Below are positions 10,010 through 18,831 of a stretch of 32,000 nt of DNA, piece by piece. The notes below the pieces were generated by a model. The model did no database searches and was not told the origin of the DNA. It was given only the letters and a program-made list of their open reading frames with translations. Position 1 is the first letter of the stretch. Each line of letters begins with the position of its first letter. The stretch comes from Synechococcus sp. A15-28. GTDB taxonomy: Bacteria; Cyanobacteriota; Cyanobacteriia; PCC-6307; Cyanobiaceae. A program made the translations under genes and the position numbers. The stretch lies in the NCBI RefSeq assembly GCF_014280175.1, contig NZ_CP047931.1, positions 1,110,001 to 1,142,000 on the forward strand, given 5' to 3'.

Positions 10010-10657
10010 TTAGCGGCCACCAAGGTCGATTCCATGACTGTCGGTGCCACACGTACGCAAAAGGCCAAGTTTCGTCAGTTGCTGATCGATGGCCTCGCAG
10101 ATCATCGGACTGGGTGCCCAGACCGTTTGCATGTCGTAGTCGTACCAGGCTTCACCGCCGTCAAAGCCAAGCCGGGCGGCCTCGTCGATCAGCAGCTCAT
10201 GGCTGAGGCGGTATCGGGCTGGATGGGCCAGCACGGCCAGACCGCCGGCGTCGTGAATGGCCTTGACCACGGAGTCGGCTCGTAACGCCTCTCCCACCAC
10301 GGCATCGCCACGGTTGTAGGGCTCCAGAGCGGCATGGCCCGGTTCAAACCCCAGGGCCAGGATGTGGACAAGACATCCCTTGAGCAAGGAGCTGATTTCC
10401 ATGCCGCTCCACAACGTCGGCACCACGGCACCGGCATCTCTCTGTACGTCAAGCCAATCCGCCATCGGCTGAAAGGCCCGGGCGCTGTGGTGGTCGGTCA
10501 CGGCCAGATGGGAGAGCCCACGCTCCGACGCCTGACGGATCAGTTCGAGGGGTTCGAGGCTGCCATCACTGCAGATCGTGTGGCAGTGGAAGTTGAGGGT
10601 CCCCGGACAGCTGTCGGGGACAACGTCAGCCAGAACGGAACGAAGTGGATGGCTCAT
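10010..10657 (-). CDS. PHP-domain metal-dependent phosphoesterase (TrpH/YciV-like)
   Basis: Contains the N-terminal PHP motif FHCHTICSDGS...HLAVTDHH and the C-terminal GTDSHG. I place the start at ATG 10657-10655 (MSHPLRS...), 1 nt after the hemJ stop (TGAGATG), rather than at the track's upstream start 10711. Confidence 0.85.
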   Translation of the reverse strand: MSHPLRSVLADVVPDSCPGTLNFHCHTICSDGSLEPLELIRQASERGLSHLAVTDHHSARAFQPMADWLDVQRDAGAVVPTLWSGMEISSLLKGCLVHILALGFEPGHAALEPYNRGDAVVGEALRADSVVKAIHDAGGLAVLAHPARYRLSHELLIDEAARLGFDGGEAWYDYDMQTVWAPSPMICEAIDQQLTKLGLLRTCGTDSHGIDLGGR

Positions 10658-10658
10658 C

Positions 10659-11237
10659 TCAGCTACCCGTGACCGCCTGGGCTTCCGCCCGCAGGCGGCG
10701 CCAACGGGCATAGAACTGAATGGACGCTGCCATGAACACCACCAGGGCCACGATGAACCAGGTGGCTGCTCCGGTCGGGAACTGGTTCTTGAACACCACC
10801 AGCATCACCACAATCACCAGCAGCAGAGTCGGCAGTTCATTGAGTGCCCGCAGTTGCTTGCCGCTCCACTGACAGGTCCCGGCCTGCAGTTGACCCATCA
10901 GGCGATAGCAGGCGACGTGATATGCCAGAAGAGCTGCCACGAAACCCAATTTGGCGTGCATCCAGCCCTGTTGCAGCCAGCTGGGTTGGGCCACCAACAG
11001 GCCGATGGCCATGGACACCGCTACCACCATTCCCGGTGTGGTGATGATGTTGGCCAGGCGTTTCTCCATCAGGCTGTACTGATCCCTGAACGGCTGTTGC
11101 AGCTCTGCTGCAAGCTCCGCCGTTTCAACGTGATAAATGAACAGCCGCACCAGATAGAACAAGCCGGCGAACCAGACGACAACACCAACGATGTGAAGCG
11201 TCTTGAACCAGAGGTAGGCCTCAGGTGGGAGGGTCAT
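10659..11237 (-). CDS. hemJ: HemJ-type protoporphyrinogen IX oxidase (UPF0093 / TIGR00701 family membrane protein)
   Basis: 192 aa with ATG start. About 4-5 hydrophobic helices and the N-terminal LWFKTLHIVGVVVWFAGLFYL typical of the slr1790/HemJ family. Confidence 0.85.
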   Translation of the reverse strand: MTLPPEAYLWFKTLHIVGVVVWFAGLFYLVRLFIYHVETAELAAELQQPFRDQYSLMEKRLANIITTPGMVVAVSMAIGLLVAQPSWLQQGWMHAKLGFVAALLAYHVACYRLMGQLQAGTCQWSGKQLRALNELPTLLLVIVVMLVVFKNQFPTGAATWFIVALVVFMAASIQFYARWRRLRAEAQAVTGS

Positions 11238-11272
11238 CAGCGCAACCGCATTGCGGCGACCTTACGCAGGTC

Positions 11273-12760
11273 TCAGGTGAGGCCGTCAAGAAAATCAGAA
11301 GCCCGGCGCTGATGGCCCAGCAGCGTCTCAGGGGCCATGCGGTCGAGGTTCCGAGCCATCATCGCCAGGCGGAACTGACTCCGGAAAAAGGATTCGTGGC
11401 GTCGGATGAAACTCCAGAAGAGCCCGTCCCAGATCTCACACCATTCACCTTTCTTGTAATCCGACATCTTGCGGACGTAGTTCGAGCCGGAGACGTAGGG
11501 CTTGGTCGTGAAGATGCCGCCGTCGGCGAACTGACTCATGCCATAGACGTTGGGCACCATCACCCAGTCGTAGGCATCAACGAACAGCTCCATGAACCAG
11601 CTGTAGACCCGGGTGGGATGAAAGCCGCAGAGCAACATCACATTGCCCAGCAGCATCAGCCGTTCAATGTGATGGCAATAACCGGTGTCCAGGGCGTGGC
11701 CGATGGCGTCATCGATCGGGGGCAGGCCTGTGCAGCCGGTGTAGAAGGCCTCGGGAATCGGACGATCCTCCACCTCCCAGAAATTGCCGTTGCGCATGGC
11801 CACCCCATGGCGGCGATACATGGCTGCCATGAATTCCCTCCATCCAATGATCTGGCGGATGAAGCCTTCGAGTGAGTTGAGGGGCACATCACCGCCTTCC
11901 GCCCGGGCCAGGGTCTGATCCAGAACCTGCTGGGGGGTGAGCAAGCCGATGTTCAGCATCGGCGTCAGCACGCCATGCCACATCACCCGGTGCTGGGTGC
12001 TGATGGCGTCTTCATAGGCCCCGAACTGAACCAGGCGTTCGTCGAGAAAGGTCTCGAGCCAGCGCGATGCTTCGTCGTGGTCAATGGGGTAGTGGAACCC
12101 ATCAAGCTTGCCGAGCCCGGGGAGGTTCTCCTCTGCCAGTTGCTGCCGTGCCGTTTCCACCACAGCCGATGTCGACGCGACCGGCACGGATGGAACGCTG
12201 ATGCCCTTGGGCAACTTCTTGCGGTTGTCGGCATCAAAACTCCATTGGCCGCCGACGGGGCGACCGTCGGGGTCGATGAGGACCCCTAAACGGGTGCGCT
12301 GCATCTCATAGAACTTGGCCATCAAGGGCTTCTTGCCCGTGCTGAAATGCTTCTCGAGCACGTCGGCAGGCGTTAGCAACATCGGTGTCGGAAGCACGGT
12401 CACCTGCAGGCCGACACGCTGAGCGAAGGCGTTCAACCGACGTTCCAGCCACTGATCCACCAGGTCAACGAGATGGACATGGCGATAGCCCGCTGCATGC
12501 AACAGCTGCAGGTGACCATCGGTGTCCGGTGCAGCGTCATGGTGCTGATGGATCACGCTGAAGCCACGCCGCCGCAGCTGTTCGGCGTAGGCCGTCATCG
12601 AGGCGCGATGCAGGAGCCGGCGCTGCTGATGCATCCGCAACGACCATTGCGGGTCCGTGCCAAACAGCAGTGGATCCTCGATCAAAGCCACGTTGCGACC
12701 GGGCTGAATCGCCGGATGATCAGCAAACAGCTGGTGGGGAAAGATCAGGGTGACGTCCAC
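11273..12760 (-). CDS. cryptochrome/photolyase-family protein, FeS-BCP (prokaryotic 6-4 photolyase / CryB-PhrB-like; COG3046)
   Basis: 495 aa. The N-terminus (V/M)DVTLIFPHQLF and the body (DAISTQHRVMWHGVLTPMLNIGLLTP, GYCHHIERLMLLGN) resemble 'deoxyribodipyrimidine photolyase-related protein'. The start is GTG at 12760-12758, directly abutting the upstream stop (TGAGTG). Confidence 0.88.
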   Translation of the reverse strand: MDVTLIFPHQLFADHPAIQPGRNVALIEDPLLFGTDPQWSLRMHQQRRLLHRASMTAYAEQLRRRGFSVIHQHHDAAPDTDGHLQLLHAAGYRHVHLVDLVDQWLERRLNAFAQRVGLQVTVLPTPMLLTPADVLEKHFSTGKKPLMAKFYEMQRTRLGVLIDPDGRPVGGQWSFDADNRKKLPKGISVPSVPVASTSAVVETARQQLAEENLPGLGKLDGFHYPIDHDEASRWLETFLDERLVQFGAYEDAISTQHRVMWHGVLTPMLNIGLLTPQQVLDQTLARAEGGDVPLNSLEGFIRQIIGWREFMAAMYRRHGVAMRNGNFWEVEDRPIPEAFYTGCTGLPPIDDAIGHALDTGYCHHIERLMLLGNVMLLCGFHPTRVYSWFMELFVDAYDWVMVPNVYGMSQFADGGIFTTKPYVSGSNYVRKMSDYKKGEWCEIWDGLFWSFIRRHESFFRSQFRLAMMARNLDRMAPETLLGHQRRASDFLDGLT

Positions 12761-13048
12761 TCAGCCCGCCTCCCCTGCCAAGCGGCATGCCCGCCGCCCA
12801 ACGGCGGTGGCGTAGCTGCGGTCCACCTGACCGGCAAAGGGGCTCAGAACTCCAGCGCGGCAGTCCATCACCACTTTCTCGCGATGCCCCTGCTGGTCGT
12901 TGAGCCGCAGGATCAGCTGCCAGTGGTTTTTGGCACTGCGGGTGATGTCATCGGCACAGACAGGGCCGGTGCACAGTCCAGGCGAGGCCCAGCCCGGTCG
13001 ACCCAGCAATCCAATCAGGCAGCACAACAACAGCAGACAACGGATCAT
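12761..13048 (-). CDS. small exported Cys-containing protein (95 aa, signal peptide)
   Basis: [23 protein letters not shown] looks like a signal peptide. The mature part has 4 Cys. The start ATG overlaps the uvrC stop (ATGA at 13048-13045), and its stop abuts the GTG of the photolyase-like gene. Confidence 0.6.
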   Translation of the reverse strand: MIRCLLLLCCLIGLLGRPGWASPGLCTGPVCADDITRSAKNHWQLILRLNDQQGHREKVVMDCRAGVLSPFAGQVDRSYATAVGRRACRLAGEAG

Positions 13049-15003
13049 GCGATGTGTGCAGGGGACTCTTCGGAACCGTCATCCTGCCGGGCATCGTCGT
13101 CAGGGTGGAAAAACCCATGGATGTCCTTGGCCAGGGCCGGACCCACACCCGGCGCCTTGGCCAGCACGTCGACGGAGGCCAACTGAATCGCATCGATGGA
13201 GTGGAAGTGCGCCAGCAGGTCCTTCACCCGTTTCGGGCCCACCCCGGGGATGTCGGAAAGGCGCGAGCGCTTCATCCGTTGACCGCGCTGCTGCCGGTGA
13301 AAACTCACGGCGAAGCGGTGGGCTTCATCACGCAGGCGACGCAGCAGCGCCACGCCCAGTTGGTCCGGCTCACTCTCCAGCGGCTGACTCTCGCCGGGGA
13401 GAAAGACTTCCTCCCGCTGTTTGGCCAGAGAGCAGACATTGAGATCCTCGTGCAGATCCAGCTCCCTCAGGGCCTCCATCACCGCTGACAACTGGCCTTT
13501 GCCGCCGTCGATCATCACCACATCCGGCCAGTCGTTGAGGCCATCGGTCTGCAGGGCGCTTCCTCCCTTGTGGCGCAGTGCACCCACATCCACACCATCC
13601 GCCTTGGCGCGAGCCCAGCGGCGAAAGCGCCGCCGCATGATCTCGGCCATGGCCATGAAGTCATCGCTGTGGCCGGCCTGAATGCTGCTGCTGCGGATCT
13701 TGTATTTGCGGTAGTGCTGCTTGGCAGGCAGTCCATCGATGAACACCACCTGGGATGCGACGGCATCACTGCCCTGAATGTGACTGATGTCGTAGCCCTC
13801 GATTCTTCGCGGTGGTGTCGGCAGCTCAAGCAGCTGCGCCAGATCCTCGGTGGCCAGAGCCTGTTGCTCCTGACCCTGTTGCGCCCGCAGCAGTTCGAAT
13901 TCAGCGTTGCGTTGCACCAGTTCGATCAGGTCCGCCTTCTGTCGCTGCTTGGGACAGTGAATCTGCACTTTCCGTTCCCGTTGCTCCGTCAGCCAGTCCT
14001 CCAGAAGCTCCTGCTGCGGGAGGGGGTGCTGCACGAGCAGCTCGGGCGGCACCTCGACCGCATCCACCTGGGAATAGTGCTCTTCAATCACGCGCTGCAG
14101 GATCAACCCAGGCTCCAGGGCGGATGCATCGGCGGTGTAACCCAGGCGCCCCACCAGTTTTCCGGCCCGCATCTGGAACAACTGGACCGCGGCCAGGCGT
14201 TCGTCACAGGCGAGGGCCAGCACATCCCGGCTGACGCTGGAGTCGGGCAGACTCATCTTCTGATCGGCGGTCAACTGGTCCATGCCCTGGAGCTGATCAC
14301 GGATCCGGGCGGCCGCTTCGAAGTCCAGGCGCTCTGCGTAGCGGTTCATCTGCTCATCCAGCAGACGCTGCAGTTCATCGCTGCGCCCCTGAAACACCAT
14401 GGCCACCTTGCGCAGGGTGCGGTGGTAGTCCTCTGAGCTGATCTTTTCCTGGCAGACCCCCGGGCAGCGGCCGATGCTGTAGTTGAGGCAGGTGCGATCG
14501 GGGTGGAGCGGTCGCGGTCGCTGGCGTAACGGAAACACCCGCTTCACCAGAAACAGTGTTCGACGCAGCAGGCCGACGTCGACGTAGGGGCCGTAGAAGC
14601 GATCGAGGGGACTGCGGAAACGCCGCCGCCGGGTGATGAAGATCCGGGGATAGGCCTCGCTCCAGGTGATGCAGAGGTAGGGGTACTTCTTGTCGTCCTT
14701 CAGCAGCACATTGAAGTGCGGCTGATGGTTCTTGATCAGGTTGGACTCGAGGGCCAGGGCCTCCGCTTCACTGTCAGTGACGATGAACTCGATCTCGCAG
14801 ACCTGACGCGTCATCAGACGGATGCGCGGCGACAGGTCATGCCGACTTCGGAAATAGCTGCGCACCCGGCTGCGCAGGGATTTGGATTTGCCCACGTAGA
14901 GGATCCTGTCCTCTCCATCGCGCATCAGATAGCAACCGGGTTCCGGCGGAATGTCCTTCAACCGGCGCTCGAGCACCTCCGGCTGGGTCAGCAGCGGCGG
15001 CAT
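13045..15003 (-). CDS. uvrC: excinuclease ABC subunit C
   Basis: Has the GIY-YIG region ([29 protein letters not shown]), a UvrBC-interaction region, an endonuclease domain and a C-terminal helix-hairpin-helix ([13 protein letters not shown]). The track start 15021 is TTG. I prefer ATG 15003-15001 ([19 protein letters not shown]). Confidence 0.97.
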   Translation of the reverse strand: MPPLLTQPEVLERRLKDIPPEPGCYLMRDGEDRILYVGKSKSLRSRVRSYFRSRHDLSPRIRLMTRQVCEIEFIVTDSEAEALALESNLIKNHQPHFNVLLKDDKKYPYLCITWSEAYPRIFITRRRRFRSPLDRFYGPYVDVGLLRRTLFLVKRVFPLRQRPRPLHPDRTCLNYSIGRCPGVCQEKISSEDYHRTLRKVAMVFQGRSDELQRLLDEQMNRYAERLDFEAAARIRDQLQGMDQLTADQKMSLPDSSVSRDVLALACDERLAAVQLFQMRAGKLVGRLGYTADASALEPGLILQRVIEEHYSQVDAVEVPPELLVQHPLPQQELLEDWLTEQRERKVQIHCPKQRQKADLIELVQRNAEFELLRAQQGQEQQALATEDLAQLLELPTPPRRIEGYDISHIQGSDAVASQVVFIDGLPAKQHYRKYKIRSSSIQAGHSDDFMAMAEIMRRRFRRWARAKADGVDVGALRHKGGSALQTDGLNDWPDVVMIDGGKGQLSAVMEALRELDLHEDLNVCSLAKQREEVFLPGESQPLESEPDQLGVALLRRLRDEAHRFAVSFHRQQRGQRMKRSRLSDIPGVGPKRVKDLLAHFHSIDAIQLASVDVLAKAPGVGPALAKDIHGFFHPDDDARQDDGSEESPAHIA

Positions 15004-15028
15004 GGTCCGTGACTCCGCCAACGACCGC

Positions 15029-15511
15029 TCAACCGCCGTAATTCCAGCCGGTGCTCGCCATGGTCAGGGCCTCACCGTCTTCAAGCAACCGAGCGCTCTT
15101 GACTTCACCGACAAACACGGTGTGGTCACCGTGCTTGATCTGACCCACCAGCTCACACTCCACACCTCCAATGACCCCCTCCAGGAGCGGTAGGCCCTTG
15201 GGACCCTCCTGGAATGGAGCCGCCTCAAAGCGGCCACCCAGACCCTTCTGTGGCTTGAAGAACACCGCAGCCAGATCCTTCTGGTCCGCTTTGAGCATGT
15301 TCAGCGAAAACCGTTTGGTGCGTTCGATGATCCCGTGGCTGGTGCTGTCAGCCCGAACACCCATCACCACGAGGGGGGGCTCGAACGATCCCTGGGTCAC
15401 CCAGCTGGCGGTGAAGCCATTCACCTCGTCGCCTTCGCGGACACCGCAGACGAACAGGCCGTGGGGGATCTTGCGCAGCAGCACCTTCTTGGCGTCGGCG
15501 TCGAGGCTCAT
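15029..15511 (-). CDS. flavin reductase-like FMN-binding domain protein
   Basis: 160 aa with ATG start. Split-barrel flavin-reductase pattern ([35 protein letters not shown]...). Confidence 0.85.
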   Translation of the reverse strand: MSLDADAKKVLLRKIPHGLFVCGVREGDEVNGFTASWVTQGSFEPPLVVMGVRADSTSHGIIERTKRFSLNMLKADQKDLAAVFFKPQKGLGGRFEAAPFQEGPKGLPLLEGVIGGVECELVGQIKHGDHTVFVGEVKSARLLEDGEALTMASTGWNYGG

Positions 15512-15555
15512 GGTTCAGGGGATGTTGATGGAAATCTAGGGATCAAACCGCTGCA

Positions 15556-15561
15556 TAGGAT
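15556..15561 (+). promoter_or_regulatory. candidate -10 hexamer TAGGAT upstream of coaD
   Basis: TAGGAT (TAnnnT) lies 23 nt upstream of the coaD ATG, in the 73-nt divergent spacer. No good -35 element. This is a hexamer match only. Confidence 0.2.
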
Positions 15562-15584
15562 CCGGTCAATCCAGGGTTCTGAGG

Positions 15585-16076
15585 ATGAGGGCGCTCTACC
15601 CGGGCAGTTTTGATCCACTGACCAATGGCCACATGGATCTGATCGAACGGGCTGCTGCTCTGTTCGGTCAGGTCACGGTGGCGGTTCTGTCGAATCCCAA
15701 CAAGAAGCCCGCCTTCAGTGTTGATCAGCGCATCGAGCAGATCCGGAACGCGACCCGTCACCTGAACGGCATCGATGTGGTCAGTTTTGACGGATTGACG
15801 GTCCACTGCGCGGCAACCCATCAGGCCGATCTCATCCTGCGCGGTCTTCGCGCAATGAGCGACTTCGAATACGAGTTGCAGATCGCCCACACCAACCGGT
15901 CTCTGGCCGCAGATCTGGAAACGGTGTTTCTGGCGACATCAACCCGTCACAGCTTCCTCAGCAGCTCCGTGGTCAAGGAGGTCGCCCGCTTCGGCGGCCC
16001 AGTTGATCACATGGTCCCCAAGGAGGTGGCGAAGGACCTGAACAGGCTCTTTAATTCGGCTTTCCCACCCCGGTGA
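15585..16076 (+). CDS. coaD: phosphopantetheine adenylyltransferase
   Basis: 163 aa. [23 protein letters not shown] carries the nucleotidyltransferase T/HxGH motif. GAGG lies immediately upstream of the ATG. Confidence 0.95.
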   Translation: MRALYPGSFDPLTNGHMDLIERAAALFGQVTVAVLSNPNKKPAFSVDQRIEQIRNATRHLNGIDVVSFDGLTVHCAATHQADLILRGLRAMSDFEYELQIAHTNRSLAADLETVFLATSTRHSFLSSSVVKEVARFGGPVDHMVPKEVAKDLNRLFNSAFPPR

Positions 16077-16077
16077 C

Positions 16078-17007
16078 ATGAGCGACGCTCGCTTCGCTGT
16101 CCTCGACCATCTGGATCAGCTGGAGGATGTCCTTCTTGAGGGCAGTCGCATTCCGTTCAGTGGCGGGCGTCTGGTGAACGAGGGTGATGCCGTTGAAGTC
16201 CTGGATGCCGTTCGGGACACTTTGCCCAAAGAGGTTGAGCGGGCTGCTCAGCTGTTGGAGCGACGGGACGAGTTCATCACCACGGCCAAACAGCAGGCTG
16301 ATGAGATCGTTCAGCAGGCCAAGCGTCAGCACGAACAACTGGTGAGCACCGCCTCGGTGCGTCAGGAGGCGGAACGTCAGGTGCTGGAGCTTCGTGAACA
16401 GACCCGACAGCAATGCGAGCAATTGCTGCAGTCCACGCGTCAGCAGGGCGCCCAGCTGGAACAGGAGATGCAGAGCAAGCTGGCCCAGCAGGAACAGCAG
16501 TTCGCCGCACGCCGGCAACAGCTGGAGCAGGAGGCTCAGCAGCGCCGTCAGCAACTGGAGCAGGACGCGGCGGAGCTCAAACGCCAATACGCGGAGCAGC
16601 ATGAAGCCAGTCGCCAGCAGGCCCTGCAGGAACTGGAGACCATCCGACGCGAGGGCTTGCGATTGCAGAGTGAGAGTCGCGAAGAAGCCGAGCGACTCCA
16701 TAACGATGCCCTGCAGTTCCGTCAACAGACCCAGCAACAGTGTGAGGGGCTGATTCAACGCAGCCGCAAGGAGGCGGCTGCCGTTCAGGACGGAGCCAAC
16801 CGCTACGCAGAACAGACCCTCGGTGAACTGGAAGTTCGCCTCAAGGAGATGGCACAGGTGGTGATGGCTGGGCGCCAGGAACTGGTCAAGATTCAGACCA
16901 TCAGCAGTGCTGGTCCCAAAGGTGACGACAACGAGGGCAAGACAGTTCCGATCAGCCGTGGCCGACGTGCCGCCTCCCGGCTGCGTTCCATGAAGGGCAC
17001 TGGCTGA
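16078..17007 (+). CDS. Q/E/R-rich coiled-coil protein (309 aa)
   Basis: ATG lies 1 nt after the coaD stop (TGACATG). A folded-looking N-terminus (about 60 aa) is followed by about 200 aa of heptad-like Q/E/R/A/L sequence. Family not recognised with confidence. Confidence 0.75.
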   Translation: MSDARFAVLDHLDQLEDVLLEGSRIPFSGGRLVNEGDAVEVLDAVRDTLPKEVERAAQLLERRDEFITTAKQQADEIVQQAKRQHEQLVSTASVRQEAERQVLELREQTRQQCEQLLQSTRQQGAQLEQEMQSKLAQQEQQFAARRQQLEQEAQQRRQQLEQDAAELKRQYAEQHEASRQQALQELETIRREGLRLQSESREEAERLHNDALQFRQQTQQQCEGLIQRSRKEAAAVQDGANRYAEQTLGELEVRLKEMAQVVMAGRQELVKIQTISSAGPKGDDNEGKTVPISRGRRAASRLRSMKGTG

Positions 17008-18268
17008 TGCGCTGGACGGCGAGCAGCACCTGAGCCATGACGCCGCGAGGGGCATAGGCGCCGTTGGCAATCATGCTCACGTAGCGGGGTCCATGGGAGG
17101 TCTTCAGGATTCCACTCAAGGAACTCACTCCCCTGAGGGTTCCTGTCTTCCCCCAGAACTGGCCGGTGAGCGCGGAGCCTCGCTGGAAACGCCAGAGCGT
17201 GCCCCGGCGCCCCGCAATCGCCATGGAGGCTTGGTAATGAGCCCCGTATGGGTGTTGCGCCATCCGCCACAGAAGTGTCGACAGGGTTCGGCTGGTCACC
17301 CGATTGCCCCTGGAGAGCCCGCTCCCATCCCGGATGCGAAGGCCCTGGGTGGGAATTCCCTGAGCCTGCAGCCAGCGGGTGTTGGCCAACGAGGCCTCAG
17401 CCACATCCCAGTTGTCCGCCGCTTCACGCATCAGCACTTCAGCGGTGAAGTTATGGCTTTCGGTGTTGGCCAAGCTGAGCAGCCCATGCATCGGAGCCGA
17501 CAGCTCACGGTGGATCACCACAGGTTCCTCAGCCTTGGCCTGGGCGAGAGCGGCTTCCCGTTGCTCGGGATTCACCTTCACCAGGCGAAGGCGTCCTCCC
17601 TGTTGGCTCACCGTGGTGGACAGCACCCTCTCCAGCCGTCGGGCTGGATCCATCACCGCCATGTGCAGAGCGTTGCTCGTGAGAGCAAGCCGGGTGATCG
17701 GTGCGCCGTAGGCGTAGCTGCGATCGTCCGCAGGCCAGTCACTGGGCCACCAGCGCTGGCGTGGCTCCTCCCGCAACATCAACTGAAGAGGCCCCGCAGT
17801 CGTCTTGGGCGATTGAGAGCCACCACGCCCCAGAGCCACCATGGCGAAGCGTTGAATCTCAGCGATGCTGAGGTCTGGATCCCCCTCGCCCACAATTTCC
17901 AGACTTCCGTCGCCGTGACGGAGTAACTGGGTTTCGAGACGGAAATCGGGCCCGAGGCGATCGAGGGCGAAGGCGGAACTGATCAGTTTCTGATTGGAGG
18001 CGGGGATCCTTGGCAACCATCCATTGATGTCCGCCAGGAGTTGGCCCCGCTCGTCAAGAACGCTGACGCTCCACGGAGCCGTGCTGGGGCCAATCGAAGC
18101 CTCGACCGCCCGTTGCAGTGACGGGCACAGAGGACGTTGGGTCCGCCCGGGCAGCCCCTGACGGCTGCTGGGGGGACTCGGTTGCAACAAGCGTTCCGTG
18201 CTGTGGGCTGCTGCGCCGGCGTTCAGCAACAACGCCGCCAGAGCCGGGGTGATCCAACGCTGGCTCAT
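16952..18268 (-). CDS. dacB: D-alanyl-D-alanine carboxypeptidase/endopeptidase (PBP4, peptidase S13)
   Basis: 438 aa with a signal peptide. Motifs SNQK (SxxK) and GKTGTL (KTG) are present. The ATG overlaps the upstream gene's stop (ATGA at 18268-18265). Confidence 0.88.
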   Translation of the reverse strand: MSQRWITPALAALLLNAGAAAHSTERLLQPSPPSSRQGLPGRTQRPLCPSLQRAVEASIGPSTAPWSVSVLDERGQLLADINGWLPRIPASNQKLISSAFALDRLGPDFRLETQLLRHGDGSLEIVGEGDPDLSIAEIQRFAMVALGRGGSQSPKTTAGPLQLMLREEPRQRWWPSDWPADDRSYAYGAPITRLALTSNALHMAVMDPARRLERVLSTTVSQQGGRLRLVKVNPEQREAALAQAKAEEPVVIHRELSAPMHGLLSLANTESHNFTAEVLMREAADNWDVAEASLANTRWLQAQGIPTQGLRIRDGSGLSRGNRVTSRTLSTLLWRMAQHPYGAHYQASMAIAGRRGTLWRFQRGSALTGQFWGKTGTLRGVSSLSGILKTSHGPRYVSMIANGAYAPRGVMAQVLLAVQRISQCPSWNAAGRRHVGHG

Positions 18269-18774
18269 GGAAGAGCCACACCGCTGACGACACCATTGGC
18301 GCGGTAAAGCCGTCCTTCGAGTTCCACAGGACTGCCGACCTTGAGTTTGGTGCCACCGAAGACCACGCCGGATGGACCTGTCTCCGCATCGGCCTTCAGG
18401 CGAAAGCGTGCATGCAGGCCGCGGGCCGGGCTGGTGTCTTCCGCTTCGAGAACGGTTCCATCCGGCAGGAGCTGGGTGAGGGGACGACTGATGTCCTCCA
18501 CAGACAACAGCGCAACGCGCCCAGCCGGCTGGTTGCGAATCACGATGCTGACGGCCCCTTCCTCTCGGATGCCCTCCAGGAACGCCTCCGAATCGACCAC
18601 CTGCAGGTGACGCACATCCACACTCACCTCAACCGGCTTCACTGAGCCCGTCGCCCGGGCCACCGCATTGGTCAGTTTCGGAGACCAGACCACACCAGCG
18701 AGCGCGGCCACTGTTGCTGCAACGGCCAGCCCATCGAGAACCGTGATGGAGCTGAGGGAGAACCGTCGCTGCAT
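18265..18774 (-). CDS. DUF4330-like membrane-anchored protein
   Basis: 169 aa with ATG start. The N-terminal anchor ITVLDGLAVAATVAALAGVVW followed by a beta-rich body matches my recollection of cyanobacterial DUF4330. Confidence 0.7.
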   Translation of the reverse strand: MQRRFSLSSITVLDGLAVAATVAALAGVVWSPKLTNAVARATGSVKPVEVSVDVRHLQVVDSEAFLEGIREEGAVSIVIRNQPAGRVALLSVEDISRPLTQLLPDGTVLEAEDTSPARGLHARFRLKADAETGPSGVVFGGTKLKVGSPVELEGRLYRANGVVSGVALP

Positions 18775-18831
18775 GGCATCACTGCTTCGAGCCGAACATT
18801 ACGGACGGCGGGTGGTCCGATCAAGCATTTG

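Noticed and set aside
16051-17070. 339-aa Leu-rich ORF antisense to the coiled-coil gene
   Set aside because: It is the mirror image of CAG/GAG-rich codons (giving CTG/CTC). Its composition (poly-Leu/Gln) is explained entirely by the sense-strand coiled coil, and it also runs over the coaD 3' end (16051-16076) and, in another frame, the dacB 3' end (16952-17070).
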